Positions 1 to 10,153 of a stretch of DNA of 64,000 nucleotides are shown here, piece after piece. Source of the stretch: Leptospiria bacterium (GTDB taxonomy: Bacteria; Spirochaetota; Leptospiria; Turneriellales; CBDBES01); the NCBI GenBank assembly GCA_965262015.1, contig OZ253494.1, positions 1,402,720 through 1,466,719 of the forward strand, in the 5' to 3' direction. The translations under genes were made by a program, and so were the position numbers. Numbering within the stretch: the first letter of the stretch is position 1; each line of letters opens with the position of its first letter. The notes beneath the pieces are model-generated. The model was not told where the DNA came from. It made no database searches and saw only the letters and a program-made list of their open reading frames with translations.

Positions 1-514
1 CTCGTTCAGTATCATGCTCAATTTTTTTAATAGTCTGGTTAGTATGTTTAACATAGAGTGCATTCACTAAAGTTTTAATGCGTATAATCTCATTTGATTG
101 TATTTCAATGTCAGAGGCTTGTCCAGAAGCACCTCCTAGGGGTTGATGCAACAGAATACGACTATTAGGTAGGCTAGTACGTTTGCCTGGGGTACCGCTA
201 GCCATAATTAAGGATGCAATATTAGATGCTTGTCCAATACAAACTGTACGAATGTTCGGACGAATATATTGCATTGTATCATATATCGCTAAACCAGCAG
301 AGATATACCCACCTGGAGAATTAATATAAATAAATATATCTTTTTCTGCATTGTCAGATTCTAGAAAAAGTAGCTGAGCAATTATAACATTGGCATATTC
401 ATCATTAATCCCATAACCTAGGAAGACAATTCTATCCTTTAATAATCGGGAGTATATATCATATTGTCGTTCACCACGACTAGTTTTTTCAATGACAATT
501 GGTGATAAAGGCAT
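1..514 (-). CDS. clpP: ATP-dependent Clp protease proteolytic subunit (N-terminal ~171 aa; 3' end cut by window edge)
   Basis: The reverse translation from the ATG at 514 reads [33 protein letters not shown]...IYINSPGG...[15 protein letters not shown], which are canonical ClpP motifs. The ORF is absent from the track because it runs off the edge. Confidence 0.9.
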   Translation of the reverse strand, partial: MPLSPIVIEKTSRGERQYDIYSRLLKDRIVFLGYGINDEYANVIIAQLLFLESDNAEKDIFIYINSPGGYISAGLAIYDTMQYIRPNIRTVCIGQASNIASLIMASGTPGKRTSLPNSRILLHQPLGGASGQASDIEIQSNEIIRIKTLVNALYVKHTNQTIKKIEHDTER

Positions 515-568
515 AGAGTTACTTATGGGTAACCCATTTGTATTTGTCCACTACTTTCTATTAGATTG

Positions 569-610
569 ATGTAGCACCCATGGAGATATGTTACAGTTGT
601 CCCCCTAAGC
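569..610 (+). repeat. Core of a short interspersed repeat whose inverted partner lies at 29264-29304
   Basis: ATGTAGCACCCATGGAGATATGTTACAGTTGTCCCCCTAAGC matches the reverse complement of 29264-29304 at about 37/42 positions. Weaker similarity continues about 25 nt on each side. Confidence 0.7.
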
Positions 611-636
611 CACCTTCGTAACCTTGTAATGGAAAG

Positions 637-1036
637 GTGAGCAGTTTCTCTTTGTAAAGAGCCTACACTATGTTATTGATCATAGTACAAAATCTAAATA
701 TATTTTTTTGTTTTAATGTCAGATAATATGTTTTTCTGTCAAAATATCTTCTTAGTTGTTTGATAGAGTTTTCTACTTGTCCCTTTTGCCAAGGTGAACC
801 TGGGCTACATGCATATATAGGAGTATGTAGCATTCCCTGTAAATTTCTAAATGATGTATTTTCAGTGTCCCTGTCACAGATGATAACCTGGATATTATCT
901 ATCTGAGAAAACAACTGTATATGTATCCATTATTCATAATAAATTTTCATTGGTCGTTCCCCTTACTTTTAATACTTTTTAAGAAAAACAGCTTATAAAT
1001 ACCTTAAACTATCCAGCTCTGGACTTGACTTTCCAA
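637..1036 (-). mobile_element. Decayed IS30-family element remnant (copy 1, right end eroded)
   Basis: It contains a transposase C-terminal fragment. The left-end region AAGAAAAACAGCTTATAAATACCTTAAACTATCCAG...GACTTTCC is homologous to the copies at 12151, 40444 and 52454. Confidence 0.7.
663..914 (-). pseudogene. IS30-family transposase C-terminal fragment
   Basis: This 83-aa ORF contains ICDRDTEN...ACSPGSPWQKGQVENSIKQLRRYF, which resembles the IS30 DDE C-terminal signature (P-W-Q-R-G-x-N-E-N...R-x-Y-F-P-K). The N-terminal two-thirds of the protein are missing. Confidence 0.7.
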
Positions 1037-1145
1037 TTAAATCTCCAAACTGTCCATAACTATACTTGATTTTCTAAATCACTTTTAAAGAATGAATAAA
1101 AAATGCTTGTCACTCTAAACTTTATATTCTGAGATAGGGAACGTT

Positions 1146-1562
1146 ATGTCTAAAAATAATAAACACGATTCAGTTATTGGTGAAGGTTCTGTCTTCACTG
1201 GCAAATTTTATGTTGATGGTGATCTCAAAATAGAAGGTTCTTTTGAAGGAGATATCAGGACAGACGAGTCTCTTATAGTTACAAATACTGGACGCGTAAA
1301 AACATCAAAAGTATCAGCAAAACGAATTGTCCTGAAAGGTATATTGATTGGTGATGTATATGCCAAGGAAGAGGTAAATTTAGAAAGTAGAGGTAAAATG
1401 CTGGGCAATATAGTTACACCTAATTTAGTTGTTTCACCTGGTGTTGTATATCGAGGTAATATTGATATTATAGGAGACTCTAAAAAAGATACCAAGCAGT
1501 TTATAGAAGATATTTATAATGCTGAAACAAAAAAGGCAAAATCTACCTCTCAAGAAAAATAA
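1146..1562 (+). CDS. Bactofilin (polymer-forming cytoskeletal protein)
   Basis: This 138-aa protein has the repetitive beta-helix pattern GKFYVDGDLKIEGSFEGDIRTDESLIVTNTGRVKTSKVSAKRIVLKGILIGDV typical of the DUF583/bactofilin family. Confidence 0.85.
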   Translation: MSKNNKHDSVIGEGSVFTGKFYVDGDLKIEGSFEGDIRTDESLIVTNTGRVKTSKVSAKRIVLKGILIGDVYAKEEVNLESRGKMLGNIVTPNLVVSPGVVYRGNIDIIGDSKKDTKQFIEDIYNAETKKAKSTSQEK

Positions 1563-1870
1563 TACTTAAATTGAGTTACTGCTACTTGGATAGCAAAAAA
1601 CAGAAAAACAATTGATTGAATATACTAGTAAACCGACAGATAAGTATAGGTAACTAAAAAATGAATTGGGATAAGTTAAAATATGGCCTAATTGTAAAAC
1701 ATTCTGATTTTGATCCTACAACTTACTCTATTAACTTATTCTTTATAAAAATTACGTATGTACCATTAAGAAAGATTTATTATTCTTATAAATTTAGAAA
1801 TTATATTCATATTCATTTTATTAATATTGAGCCTGTAATTAATTATATTCACAGAATAAATCCTACCCAC

Positions 1871-2830
1871 ATGAAAACATATATCCTCTATAAAAGTCCT
1901 CTATCTATTATAACATACTGCATTCTATTTACTGTATTAGCCTCTATATTATATTTTAATAATATAGACCCTATAAAAGAATTAAGTGAAATAGGGGGTT
2001 ATGGTGTTCGTGAATATGATAGTTTGCATCCAACTTCTAAAATAGATAATATCTTAGATCGAGATGAAAAGGAAAAAGATAACTTGCTTGGTATTAAGAC
2101 CAAGACAAATCATGGTACAAAAGATCGAGTTACCTATCAAGTAAAACCAGGGGATACATTATCTGAAATTTCTCAAAGATTCAAAATTTCTGCTGAATCT
2201 ATAGCTGGTTCCACAAATATTAGAACACTGGATACCATTAAAGTTGGTCAAATTTTAAAAATTCCTGCTAAGGAAGGTTTTTATTATAAGATTAAGAAAA
2301 ATGATCGTATTGTTAGCCTTGCTGCAAAATATTCTATTCCCCTGAGAGCTATATTCAATGAAAATCCCCATATCAATTCTGATTTTATTGAAGAGGGAGA
2401 GGAAATATTTTTACTTGGTGCAACCCCAAAAAATCTTATACGTGGTTGGTTATTACCTGTTGTAAGTAGAATAGTTACGAGCGGGTATGGGCGAAGAACA
2501 TGGCCACGTAGAGCATTTCACAAAGGATTAGATATGAGATCATATTATAGTCCTGTGAGGGCTACTAAACGTGGTATTGTTACCTTCTCTGGTACACTAG
2601 GTGGATATGGTAAGGTTGTTGTAATTAAACATTTAGGTGGTTATAAAAGCTTATATGCTCATTTAAGTAGAATTTATACTAGAACTGGTAGACGTGTTTT
2701 ACAAGGTACAATTATTGGCCGTTCTGGTAATACTGGTTACTCTTTTGGACCACATTTACATTTTGAATTAAGTCATAATGGTAGGCACATTAATCCAGGA
2801 AAAGTATTAAGAGGTCTCCGTTACAAGTAA
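1871..2830 (+). CDS. LysM-domain M23 family metallopeptidase
   Basis: It has LysM-like segments (YQVKPGDTLSEISQRF, YKIKKNDRIVSLAAKY) and an M23 core (HKGLDM...GNTGYSFGPHLHFEL). I prefer the internal start MKTYILYKSPL at 1871, which is followed by a TM helix, over the track start at 1661. Confidence 0.8.
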   Translation: MKTYILYKSPLSIITYCILFTVLASILYFNNIDPIKELSEIGGYGVREYDSLHPTSKIDNILDRDEKEKDNLLGIKTKTNHGTKDRVTYQVKPGDTLSEISQRFKISAESIAGSTNIRTLDTIKVGQILKIPAKEGFYYKIKKNDRIVSLAAKYSIPLRAIFNENPHINSDFIEEGEEIFLLGATPKNLIRGWLLPVVSRIVTSGYGRRTWPRRAFHKGLDMRSYYSPVRATKRGIVTFSGTLGGYGKVVVIKHLGGYKSLYAHLSRIYTRTGRRVLQGTIIGRSGNTGYSFGPHLHFELSHNGRHINPGKVLRGLRYK

Positions 2831-2845
2831 GTATGTGGTTGTCTA

Positions 2846-3811
2846 ATGATGCCCACAAGCCTTTCCCAAACTATTTGTATAAGAGATCGAAAGATTTCTA
2901 ATTCTGCAAAACCATTTCTTATAGCGGAGATTGGTCTTAATCATAATAACAACGTTAATTTTGCTAAACAAATTATAGTAGAAGCAATTAATGCAGGAGC
3001 TGATGCTATAAAAATACAATCCTATACTACTGACCAATTTATTAATATAAATCAAAATAAAATTAGTTTTTTTTATGATATTTTCAAAAAATATGAGCTA
3101 AGTTTATATAATCACCAGATTATAGATGCATTCTGTCAAGATAATGGTATACTATTTTTTTCAACACCTCTTTCACTAGATTGGGTTGATAAACTAGAAA
3201 CCTTAAATGTACCTATGTATAAAATAGCTTCAGGAGACCTAGAAAACTATTGGTTACTTAATAAAATAGCTTTATGTAAAAAGCCTATCTTTATTTCTAC
3301 GGGTGCTTCTCTTATGGCAAATATCAAAAATACTGTCCAGTTTTTACAGTCTAAAGAAATTAATGAAATAGTTATTTTTCATTGTATTTCATTATATCCA
3401 ACCCCCATAGAAAAAATAAATCTAAAAAGAATGCAGCAGATAAAAAATAATTTTTCTGCACTAGTAGGATTTTCTGATCATACCACAGGAGTAGATGCAT
3501 CTGCTTATGCTGTACTAATGGGAGCATCTGTAATTGAAAAACATTTTACAATAAATAAGAATGCAGATGGACCTGATCATAAATTAAGTGTTACACCTGA
3601 TGAATTAAAGCAAATTCGTCAAAAAATAGATGAAGCTTTTGAAATTCGTAATACCAATCAAGTGGATTCATGGAATCAAGAATTTAGTGGCGATTATTTT
3701 GGGAAAAGGAGTATGTATAAAATTAATAATAAATGGCTACCAATGAGGCCTAAAATTGATAATCTATATTCTCCATATGATTTTGATTTTTTCCAAGAAC
3801 ACCACACTTAA
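2846..3811 (+). CDS. NeuB-family (sialic/pseudaminic/legionaminic acid-type) synthase, apparently lacking the C-terminal SAF domain
   Basis: The segment PFLIAEIGLNHNNNVNFAKQIIVEAINAGADAIKIQ...GFSDHT...VIEKHFT matches the NeuB TIM-barrel motifs. The 321-aa protein ends without a recognisable SAF/antifreeze-like domain. Confidence 0.65.
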   Translation: MMPTSLSQTICIRDRKISNSAKPFLIAEIGLNHNNNVNFAKQIIVEAINAGADAIKIQSYTTDQFININQNKISFFYDIFKKYELSLYNHQIIDAFCQDNGILFFSTPLSLDWVDKLETLNVPMYKIASGDLENYWLLNKIALCKKPIFISTGASLMANIKNTVQFLQSKEINEIVIFHCISLYPTPIEKINLKRMQQIKNNFSALVGFSDHTTGVDASAYAVLMGASVIEKHFTINKNADGPDHKLSVTPDELKQIRQKIDEAFEIRNTNQVDSWNQEFSGDYFGKRSMYKINNKWLPMRPKIDNLYSPYDFDFFQEHHT

Positions 3812-3948
3812 AAAAGATTCACATTTGATTCACAATTATATTATAGAATATATGAAAATTTATTATGTTAAAGAAGCTAAATATCTTTAGATTCACATAA
3901 ATCACAATTTTACAAGTATATATATAATATAAATAATAAAGTTTAATT

Positions 3949-4962
3949 ATGAAAGATATAATAGGGTTAGGTATTGAAAGTAGTTGTGATGAGACATCTG
4001 TGGTTATGGTAAAAAATGGTAATGATATTATAGAAGACATGACGTATTCACAATTAGAGATACATCAAAATTATGGAGGTGTTGTTCCTGAACTAGCAAG
4101 TAGGAAACATTTAGAAAAAATTACGCATTTAATTTCTAAATGTATTAATGGTAATAAAATAGATTATTTAGCTGTTACTGTAGAACCTGGTTTGATTGGT
4201 TCATTACTTATAGGTTATAATACTGCAATGGCAGTTTCACTCTCATATAATATTCCTGTTATACCAGTCAATCATTTAGAAGCACATTTATATGCTATTT
4301 TATTGGATAAACATATAATTGATTATCCCTTTTTAGGTTTATTAGTTTCAGGAGGTAATACAGTGCTTTGTTTGATTAATTCTTTAGGTGATATTTCTCA
4401 AATTGGGGATACATTAGATGATGCTTGTGGAGAAGCTTTGGATAAAGTATCACAATTACTTGGTTTACCTTATCCTGGTGGACCAAAGCTTGAAAAGTTA
4501 GCTTTACAATTTAATAAACCAATACAAGGTAAAAATCCCTTCCCTATTATTTTAAAGGATCAAAAATCAAATGATCTCAATTTTTCATTTAGTGGCATTA
4601 AAACTTCTTTGCTGTATTTCTTGCAAGGTAAAGATAATGTTGATAAATCTGAAGTAGCATATTATTTTCAGGAGCGTGTATTTGACGTAATTGTTAGAAA
4701 TACAATAAAGGCTTTAAATCATAATAAAGTTCCTCTTGTAGTGGCTGCTGGTGGTGTTATGGCAAATAATATTCTGAGAAGTAAACTTTCTAATGCTATT
4801 GAAAAGTATAATGTTAAATTCCTTACGCCACAACCAGTTTATTGTACTGATAATGGTGCTATGGTAGCAGCATTAGGATATTGCTATTTCATGAGAAACA
4901 GTTGGCCAAAGGCAAATTGTATTTCTTCTGACAGTGACTTTACTAAATGGAAAGCTATTTAA
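3949..4962 (+). CDS. tsaD: tRNA N6-adenosine threonylcarbamoyltransferase
   Basis: The segment GIESSCDETSV...YGGVVPELASRKH...VNHLEAH...VSGGNT is the canonical Kae1/TsaD pattern. Confidence 0.9.
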   Translation: MKDIIGLGIESSCDETSVVMVKNGNDIIEDMTYSQLEIHQNYGGVVPELASRKHLEKITHLISKCINGNKIDYLAVTVEPGLIGSLLIGYNTAMAVSLSYNIPVIPVNHLEAHLYAILLDKHIIDYPFLGLLVSGGNTVLCLINSLGDISQIGDTLDDACGEALDKVSQLLGLPYPGGPKLEKLALQFNKPIQGKNPFPIILKDQKSNDLNFSFSGIKTSLLYFLQGKDNVDKSEVAYYFQERVFDVIVRNTIKALNHNKVPLVVAAGGVMANNILRSKLSNAIEKYNVKFLTPQPVYCTDNGAMVAALGYCYFMRNSWPKANCISSDSDFTKWKAI

Positions 4963-6514
4963 CTTTAAATACTACAAGAGTCATATCATCATGTTGAGGA
5001 GCATTATTAATAAACTGATCCAAATCTCGTACAATATTTTGTGTTATTATTTCAGCATTTTCTTTAGAATACTCTATTAGTTTGTTTGTTATTTGAATAA
5101 GAGAATATTCATCTTTATTTGGATTCCTGGCTTCATTAATACCATCTGTAAAAAGAATAACAATATCCCCAGATTCCATTTTAATTTTTGCTAGACTATA
5201 TTCACTATCTTCATCAACACCTATGGGAAGACCAGGTAATTTCGACAAAGTACACACATTTTGTTTATTCCTATAAACAAGTAGAGGGCCATGTCCCCCA
5301 TTTGTAAATTCGATTTCTCTTGTTTTGGGATCATAAATTAGAAAGAAAAAAGTTGCAAATTTATCAATATGACTTTCTCCACAAATAACTGTATTGATAG
5401 ATTTTCCTATAATATCGCCTCTAAATTTCTTGAATATTTTAAAATACATTACAACAACTGTCTTAATGATTACCATTACAAGTGAAGCTGATATAGACTT
5501 ACCGGATACGTCAGAAATTAATACTGCCACCTTTTTATCAGGCATTTCGTAAATATCAAAATAATCACCACCCACCCCTTTTGCTGCTCTAGTAAAACCT
5601 TTAATTTCATATTCATCAGTATTAAAAAAATTAATGGGATTCATACCTTCTTGTATTTCTTGTGCTTGTTTAACTTGCTCATTAAGAACAATATGATCTT
5701 TTTTAACTTGTTCTGCTTCAAGTAAATTTGATGTCATTGCATTAAATTGATCAGCTAATTCACCAAGTTCATCCTTACCTATGTGTGGTAGTTTATGTTG
5801 TAGGTTACCTTGACCTACTATCATTGCACCTTCAGATAAAAGTTTTATAGGTCTAGTTATAATGGTACCTAGAATCAATGACAAGGCGAATGATATTATC
5901 CAAAATATGATTCCTAGTATAATAAGAGTTATTCGATTATCAGCTATTTTCTGGTTAATAAACTCATTAGAGAATGCGATTTGGACTAACCCCATAAGTT
6001 GAGGTTTTTTTGTAAGAAAAGGGTGATAAATGGGTGCATGGAAAAGAAATAGTTCAGTACCCTTATTAACTGGATTAATAATATCAATTTTAGAAATATT
6101 ATTCCTTTTTTCATAGGTAACATTATTCCATATTGGTTTTAGTTCTTTCCGCCATGTAGTTTCCAAAGTTTTTTGAGAATCTAATTTAATTCGTTTATCA
6201 TATGATTCAACAATTGTTACTTTGTTATTTCCTGAAATTACTCTAGCATAAGTAAAACCATCTAGTGTATTAAGATTTTTCAAACTATCCAGTATTACTA
6301 GATCATCATCAGCAATCATAGCTCTTGAATCTAAGTAAACAATACTTTGTGCTTCTCGCATAACACTATTGACCATGGTCTGTAGCAGCAGATTAGTTTG
6401 TTGTTTCTCTACTATAATACCAATGATAGAGATAATACTAGTTACTAAAATAAGTATTAGACCTGTAATCTTCCACTTAATACTATAAAAAATATTTTTA
6501 ATTTCCACCTTCAT
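4955..6514 (-). CDS. Membrane HAMP-domain PP2C/SpoIIE-family serine phosphatase (RsbU-like)
   Basis: It has two TM segments, a HAMP-like region (RPIKLLSEGAMIVGQGNLQHKLP...DELGELADQFNAMTSNL), and a PP2C core (GGDYFDIY...DVSGKSISASL...FTDGINEA...DDMTLVVFKV). Confidence 0.85.
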   Translation of the reverse strand: MKVEIKNIFYSIKWKITGLILILVTSIISIIGIIVEKQQTNLLLQTMVNSVMREAQSIVYLDSRAMIADDDLVILDSLKNLNTLDGFTYARVISGNNKVTIVESYDKRIKLDSQKTLETTWRKELKPIWNNVTYEKRNNISKIDIINPVNKGTELFLFHAPIYHPFLTKKPQLMGLVQIAFSNEFINQKIADNRITLIILGIIFWIISFALSLILGTIITRPIKLLSEGAMIVGQGNLQHKLPHIGKDELGELADQFNAMTSNLLEAEQVKKDHIVLNEQVKQAQEIQEGMNPINFFNTDEYEIKGFTRAAKGVGGDYFDIYEMPDKKVAVLISDVSGKSISASLVMVIIKTVVVMYFKIFKKFRGDIIGKSINTVICGESHIDKFATFFFLIYDPKTREIEFTNGGHGPLLVYRNKQNVCTLSKLPGLPIGVDEDSEYSLAKIKMESGDIVILFTDGINEARNPNKDEYSLIQITNKLIEYSKENAEIITQNIVRDLDQFINNAPQHDDMTLVVFKVK

Positions 6515-6608
6515 AGTCTATTTATTTTGAATTTTTCGAGTAAAGTCTTTTTTAAACTATATCTCGTAAAGAAAGAACTATTTAGTGGACGATATCTATT
6601 TGTTGATT

Positions 6609-7718
6609 ATGGGAAGTAATACCATTGGAGATTTATTTCAGGTTACTACTTTTGGTGAATCACATGGTCATTCTATAGGTTGTATAGTTGACAATTGTCC
6701 ATCTGGAGTAAGCATATCTGAAAATGAGATTCAGAAAGAACTAGATAGAAGAAAGCCTGGCCAAAGTAAAATTAGCACTCCCAGACAAGAACCAGATAAA
6801 GTAAAAATTATTTCAGGTATTTTTGAAGGTAAATCCATGGGGACTCCCATTACAATGATAGTGGAAAATGAAAATGCTTCATCAAAAGACTATACAAACT
6901 TTTCTAATATCTATCGGCCATCTCATGCTGATTATACATATGATATTAAATATAAGCATCGCACCCCTTTAGGGGGTGGCCGTGCTTCGGCTAGAACTAC
7001 CATTGGTGTGGTGGCTGCTGGTGCTATTGCTAAAAAAATTTTACATATTAAATTAGGTGTAAAAATTGTAGGTTATGTTTCGCAAGTTTATAAGCATAAA
7101 CTTCCTGCAGATTATTATATAGATGATATAAATCTTTTACAAAAAATGGCAGAGTCGCATCCTACTAGATGTCCAGATAAAACACTAGCTGAAGATATTT
7201 ATAAACTTATACAAGAGACTAGACGTAAAGGTGATTCACTAGGTGGGGTAGTAAACGTTCGTATAGATAATATACCTCCTGGTATTGGTGATCCTGTTTT
7301 TAAACGTTTAGATGCTTTACTAGCTTACGCAATGTTATCTATACCTGCATCCAAAGGAGTAAGTTTTGGGACGGGGTTTGAATCCGCTGAGCTATACGGT
7401 TCAGAACATAATGATATTTTTTATGTCAATAATAATGATCAGGTGAGAACTAAAACAAATCATTCAGGTGGTATTCAAGGTGGTATTAGTAATGGAGAAT
7501 CTATCAATATGTCAATTGTGTTTAAACCAACGGCCACAATATCTAAAGAGCAAGATAGTATTACTACGGATAATAAAAAAACAAAATTAAAAGTGAAAGG
7601 TAGGCATGATCCTTGTGTACTACCTAGAGCTGTGCCTATTGTAGAGGCGTTTTCTGCCATCATTTTACTAGATCGTTATCTATCTTTTCAACTATCCCGG
7701 CTTGATCAGTTACAGTAA
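6609..7718 (+). CDS. aroC: Chorismate synthase
   Basis: The segments FQVTTFGESHG...GRASARTT...GRHDPCV are canonical. I prefer the ATG at 6609 to the GTG at 6585. Confidence 0.95.
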   Translation: MGSNTIGDLFQVTTFGESHGHSIGCIVDNCPSGVSISENEIQKELDRRKPGQSKISTPRQEPDKVKIISGIFEGKSMGTPITMIVENENASSKDYTNFSNIYRPSHADYTYDIKYKHRTPLGGGRASARTTIGVVAAGAIAKKILHIKLGVKIVGYVSQVYKHKLPADYYIDDINLLQKMAESHPTRCPDKTLAEDIYKLIQETRRKGDSLGGVVNVRIDNIPPGIGDPVFKRLDALLAYAMLSIPASKGVSFGTGFESAELYGSEHNDIFYVNNNDQVRTKTNHSGGIQGGISNGESINMSIVFKPTATISKEQDSITTDNKKTKLKVKGRHDPCVLPRAVPIVEAFSAIILLDRYLSFQLSRLDQLQ

Positions 7719-7729
7719 TATATTATTTT

Positions 7730-8722
7730 ATGTCCTTTAGAAATAGTATATTATGTATTCTTTTACTTTTCCATTTTGTAAATTGTGCTTCATATTCTCC
7801 TCAACTTATTAATCGTACAAATAATTTTATTCCAAAAAATTATGTAAAAAAACAATTTAAATTTTTCCCTTTTACCATTGATTTATACGCAACAGAATTT
7901 GTACAAGGCAATGTTGTTTATATAGAAATACTAGCTATAAAACAACATTTAGAAATATTAAGTGATCTTTCTTGTAACTACCAAGGTAAAACGGTACCTC
8001 TATCTTCCAGAGATTGGGGTTATCGAGGTTTTATTGCCATAAAATCTAATAGTAAAGTAGGACGGCATAATGTTTTCTTGTCTTATATTTATGCTGGAAA
8101 AAGATATGATAAAAGATTACTAATCTATATAAAAAAATCTAGATTCCTAAAAAACGAATCTTTTCAAGCATTTGTTGCTTCCTCAAGAGATAAAAAGAAA
8201 GACCAAGAAACACTTAAAATTATCCACAAAGGTATTATCCAGAAAAAAGAAGCATTTGCTATTTATAGCAAAGATAAAATAAAAAATATACTTTCTCATC
8301 CTACGAATAAACATTATATTACTTCTCCATTTTGGGTACAACGCATAAGAAAAATTTATCAGATGAAAAATAATAAAAAACATATCATAAGTAAAAAAAT
8401 TAGTTATCATAAAGGTGTTGATCTACGTGGTGGTGTGGGTAGTCCAGTGTATGCGATAGCAAATGGACGAGTTGTTTTAGCAGATCATTTATTTTTTGAG
8501 GGGAAATTTAGTATTATTGATCATGGACACGGCATTTTTTCAGGTTATATGCACCAATCCAAGCTTTATGTTTATAAAGGCGAAAGAGTGAAGGCAGGAG
8601 AGCTAATTGGCCTAGTTGGTAAAACTGGTCGAGTAACGGCACCACATCTACACCTTTTTTTAAGAATACAGGATACCTATATAAATGCCCTTAGTATACT
8701 TTCATTACCTGTTAGAAATTAA
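7730..8722 (+). CDS. M23 family peptidase, probable lipoprotein
   Basis: The signal peptide ends in HFVNC, a spirochaete-style lipobox with Asn at -1. The C-terminal M23 core reads HKGVDLRG...GKTGRVTAPHLHLFL. Confidence 0.8.
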   Translation: MSFRNSILCILLLFHFVNCASYSPQLINRTNNFIPKNYVKKQFKFFPFTIDLYATEFVQGNVVYIEILAIKQHLEILSDLSCNYQGKTVPLSSRDWGYRGFIAIKSNSKVGRHNVFLSYIYAGKRYDKRLLIYIKKSRFLKNESFQAFVASSRDKKKDQETLKIIHKGIIQKKEAFAIYSKDKIKNILSHPTNKHYITSPFWVQRIRKIYQMKNNKKHIISKKISYHKGVDLRGGVGSPVYAIANGRVVLADHLFFEGKFSIIDHGHGIFSGYMHQSKLYVYKGERVKAGELIGLVGKTGRVTAPHLHLFLRIQDTYINALSILSLPVRN

Positions 8723-8727
8723 AACGT

Positions 8728-10122
8728 TTATCTTTTTAAAGTTAATAGCTCTTGTAGCATCTGGTCTGATGTTGTTATAGCTTTAGAATTAGCTTGAAAA
8801 CCTCTTTGGGTGACAATCATATCTGTAAATTGTTCAGCGAGATCTACATTACTCATTTCAAGCATTCCTGCATGAATTTCACCTAAACCCTGTAGATTGG
8901 CTTCAGAAATCAAAGCTATACCCGAATTATTAGACAACTCAAAATTATTAGATCCTTTTTTAGTTAATCCTTCTGGGTTTGTAAAATTTGCCAGAGCAAC
9001 TTTTGCCAGTATTTCTTGCTCTCCATTAGAGAATACCCCAGTGATACTACCAGAAGAATCAATTTGAAATGACTCTAAATATCCCATAGATTTACCATCT
9101 TGCTCAACAGCTTTTGTGGTAAAAGGCGAAGCAAACTGGGTGATGCCTTCTATGCTACCAGCCTCTCCAAAATTTAGTGCTATATTTTGTATAGCAGGAT
9201 TACCTGGTAATCTAAAAGATAAATTAGCTGATAGATTGCCCTGGTTCTGCGTATTTGTTCCATCAGAAACAAAATTAAGCTTACCATCTGGCGAAAATCC
9301 TAGATTCAGTTGTGTATTGGATGGAAGGTTAACATTTGGTGTTACTTGATTGCTAGTATTGACAGTTAATTGTTCAGCCTCTTCCATAGATATGGATGCA
9401 CTCCATAAATTTTCTTTATCTTTCCACATAACTAATCTTACTTTATGTTGGTTTCCCTGGTCATCAAATACATTAATACTGGTTACATGTCCCTGCTTAT
9501 TCTCATAATTACTATTTGTGATTTGATTTATTTTATCCTGGATACTCAAATTTACTGGCATAGGTTTAGTGGTTGCATCAAGATTACTTTTAAATGCAAT
9601 AAAAGAAGTTGGATTGGCAGCTTCTTTTGAATAAAGAGGAATAAAAATATTCTCAGCATCTGAACTAGCGTTAAGCGTACGGGTACCATCTACGTTTTTA
9701 TTTGAGTTCCACCCTTGTACTTTCATTCCATTAGACGGATTAACTAAATTACCTTGTTTATCTATATCAAAGTTTCCACTACGTGTATAATAATTTTTAC
9801 CCCCATCCGCTAGTACAAAAAAACCTTCTCCTGAAATAGCTAGGTCTGTTCCTTTTCCTGTAGTTTGTAAGGCACCCTGTGTCATTACCTTATCAATGGA
9901 AGCTATGGTCATACCTAAGCCAACTTGTTTTGGGTTAACACCCCCTATATTTTCTTTTGGTGCAGCAGCCCCTTGTAAAGATTGTGATATCATATCTTGA
10001 AACAAGGCCCTTTCATACTTAAAGCCATTAGTGTTGACATTGGATATATTATTACCAATAACATCCATTCTAACCTGATGATTTTTTAGCCCGGCCACAC
10101 CGGAATACAAAGCTCGCATCAT
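8728..10122 (-). CDS. flgE: Flagellar hook protein FlgE (spirochaete type)
   Basis: The N-terminus [35 protein letters not shown] and the C-terminus [30 protein letters not shown] are canonical. An AAGGAGA SD precedes the start. The protein has no Cys, and it carries Ser179 in the FKSNLD motif. Confidence 0.95.
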   Translation of the reverse strand: MMRALYSGVAGLKNHQVRMDVIGNNISNVNTNGFKYERALFQDMISQSLQGAAAPKENIGGVNPKQVGLGMTIASIDKVMTQGALQTTGKGTDLAISGEGFFVLADGGKNYYTRSGNFDIDKQGNLVNPSNGMKVQGWNSNKNVDGTRTLNASSDAENIFIPLYSKEAANPTSFIAFKSNLDATTKPMPVNLSIQDKINQITNSNYENKQGHVTSINVFDDQGNQHKVRLVMWKDKENLWSASISMEEAEQLTVNTSNQVTPNVNLPSNTQLNLGFSPDGKLNFVSDGTNTQNQGNLSANLSFRLPGNPAIQNIALNFGEAGSIEGITQFASPFTTKAVEQDGKSMGYLESFQIDSSGSITGVFSNGEQEILAKVALANFTNPEGLTKKGSNNFELSNNSGIALISEANLQGLGEIHAGMLEMSNVDLAEQFTDMIVTQRGFQANSKAITTSDQMLQELLTLKR

Positions 10123-10153
10123 AAAATTTTATCTCCTTTCTACTATTTTATTT

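Noticed and set aside
1661-1870. The track gives an N-terminal extension for the LysM-M23 peptidase ORF, and likewise for 44972-45085 (menA), 6585-6608 (aroC), 10631-10684 (flgD) and 44143-44178 (pcnB).
   Set aside because: The extensions translate to implausible Ile/Tyr/Asn-rich or overlapping sequence. Internal ATGs give canonical N-termini, and for flgD the internal start also has a strong GGAGG SD.
3819-4040. A 73-aa minus-strand ORF lies in the neuB-like/tsaD intergenic region.
   Set aside because: It is an extremely AT-rich, Ile/Phe/Asn-rich translation that overlaps the tsaD start. This is a typical spurious ORF in AT-rich DNA.
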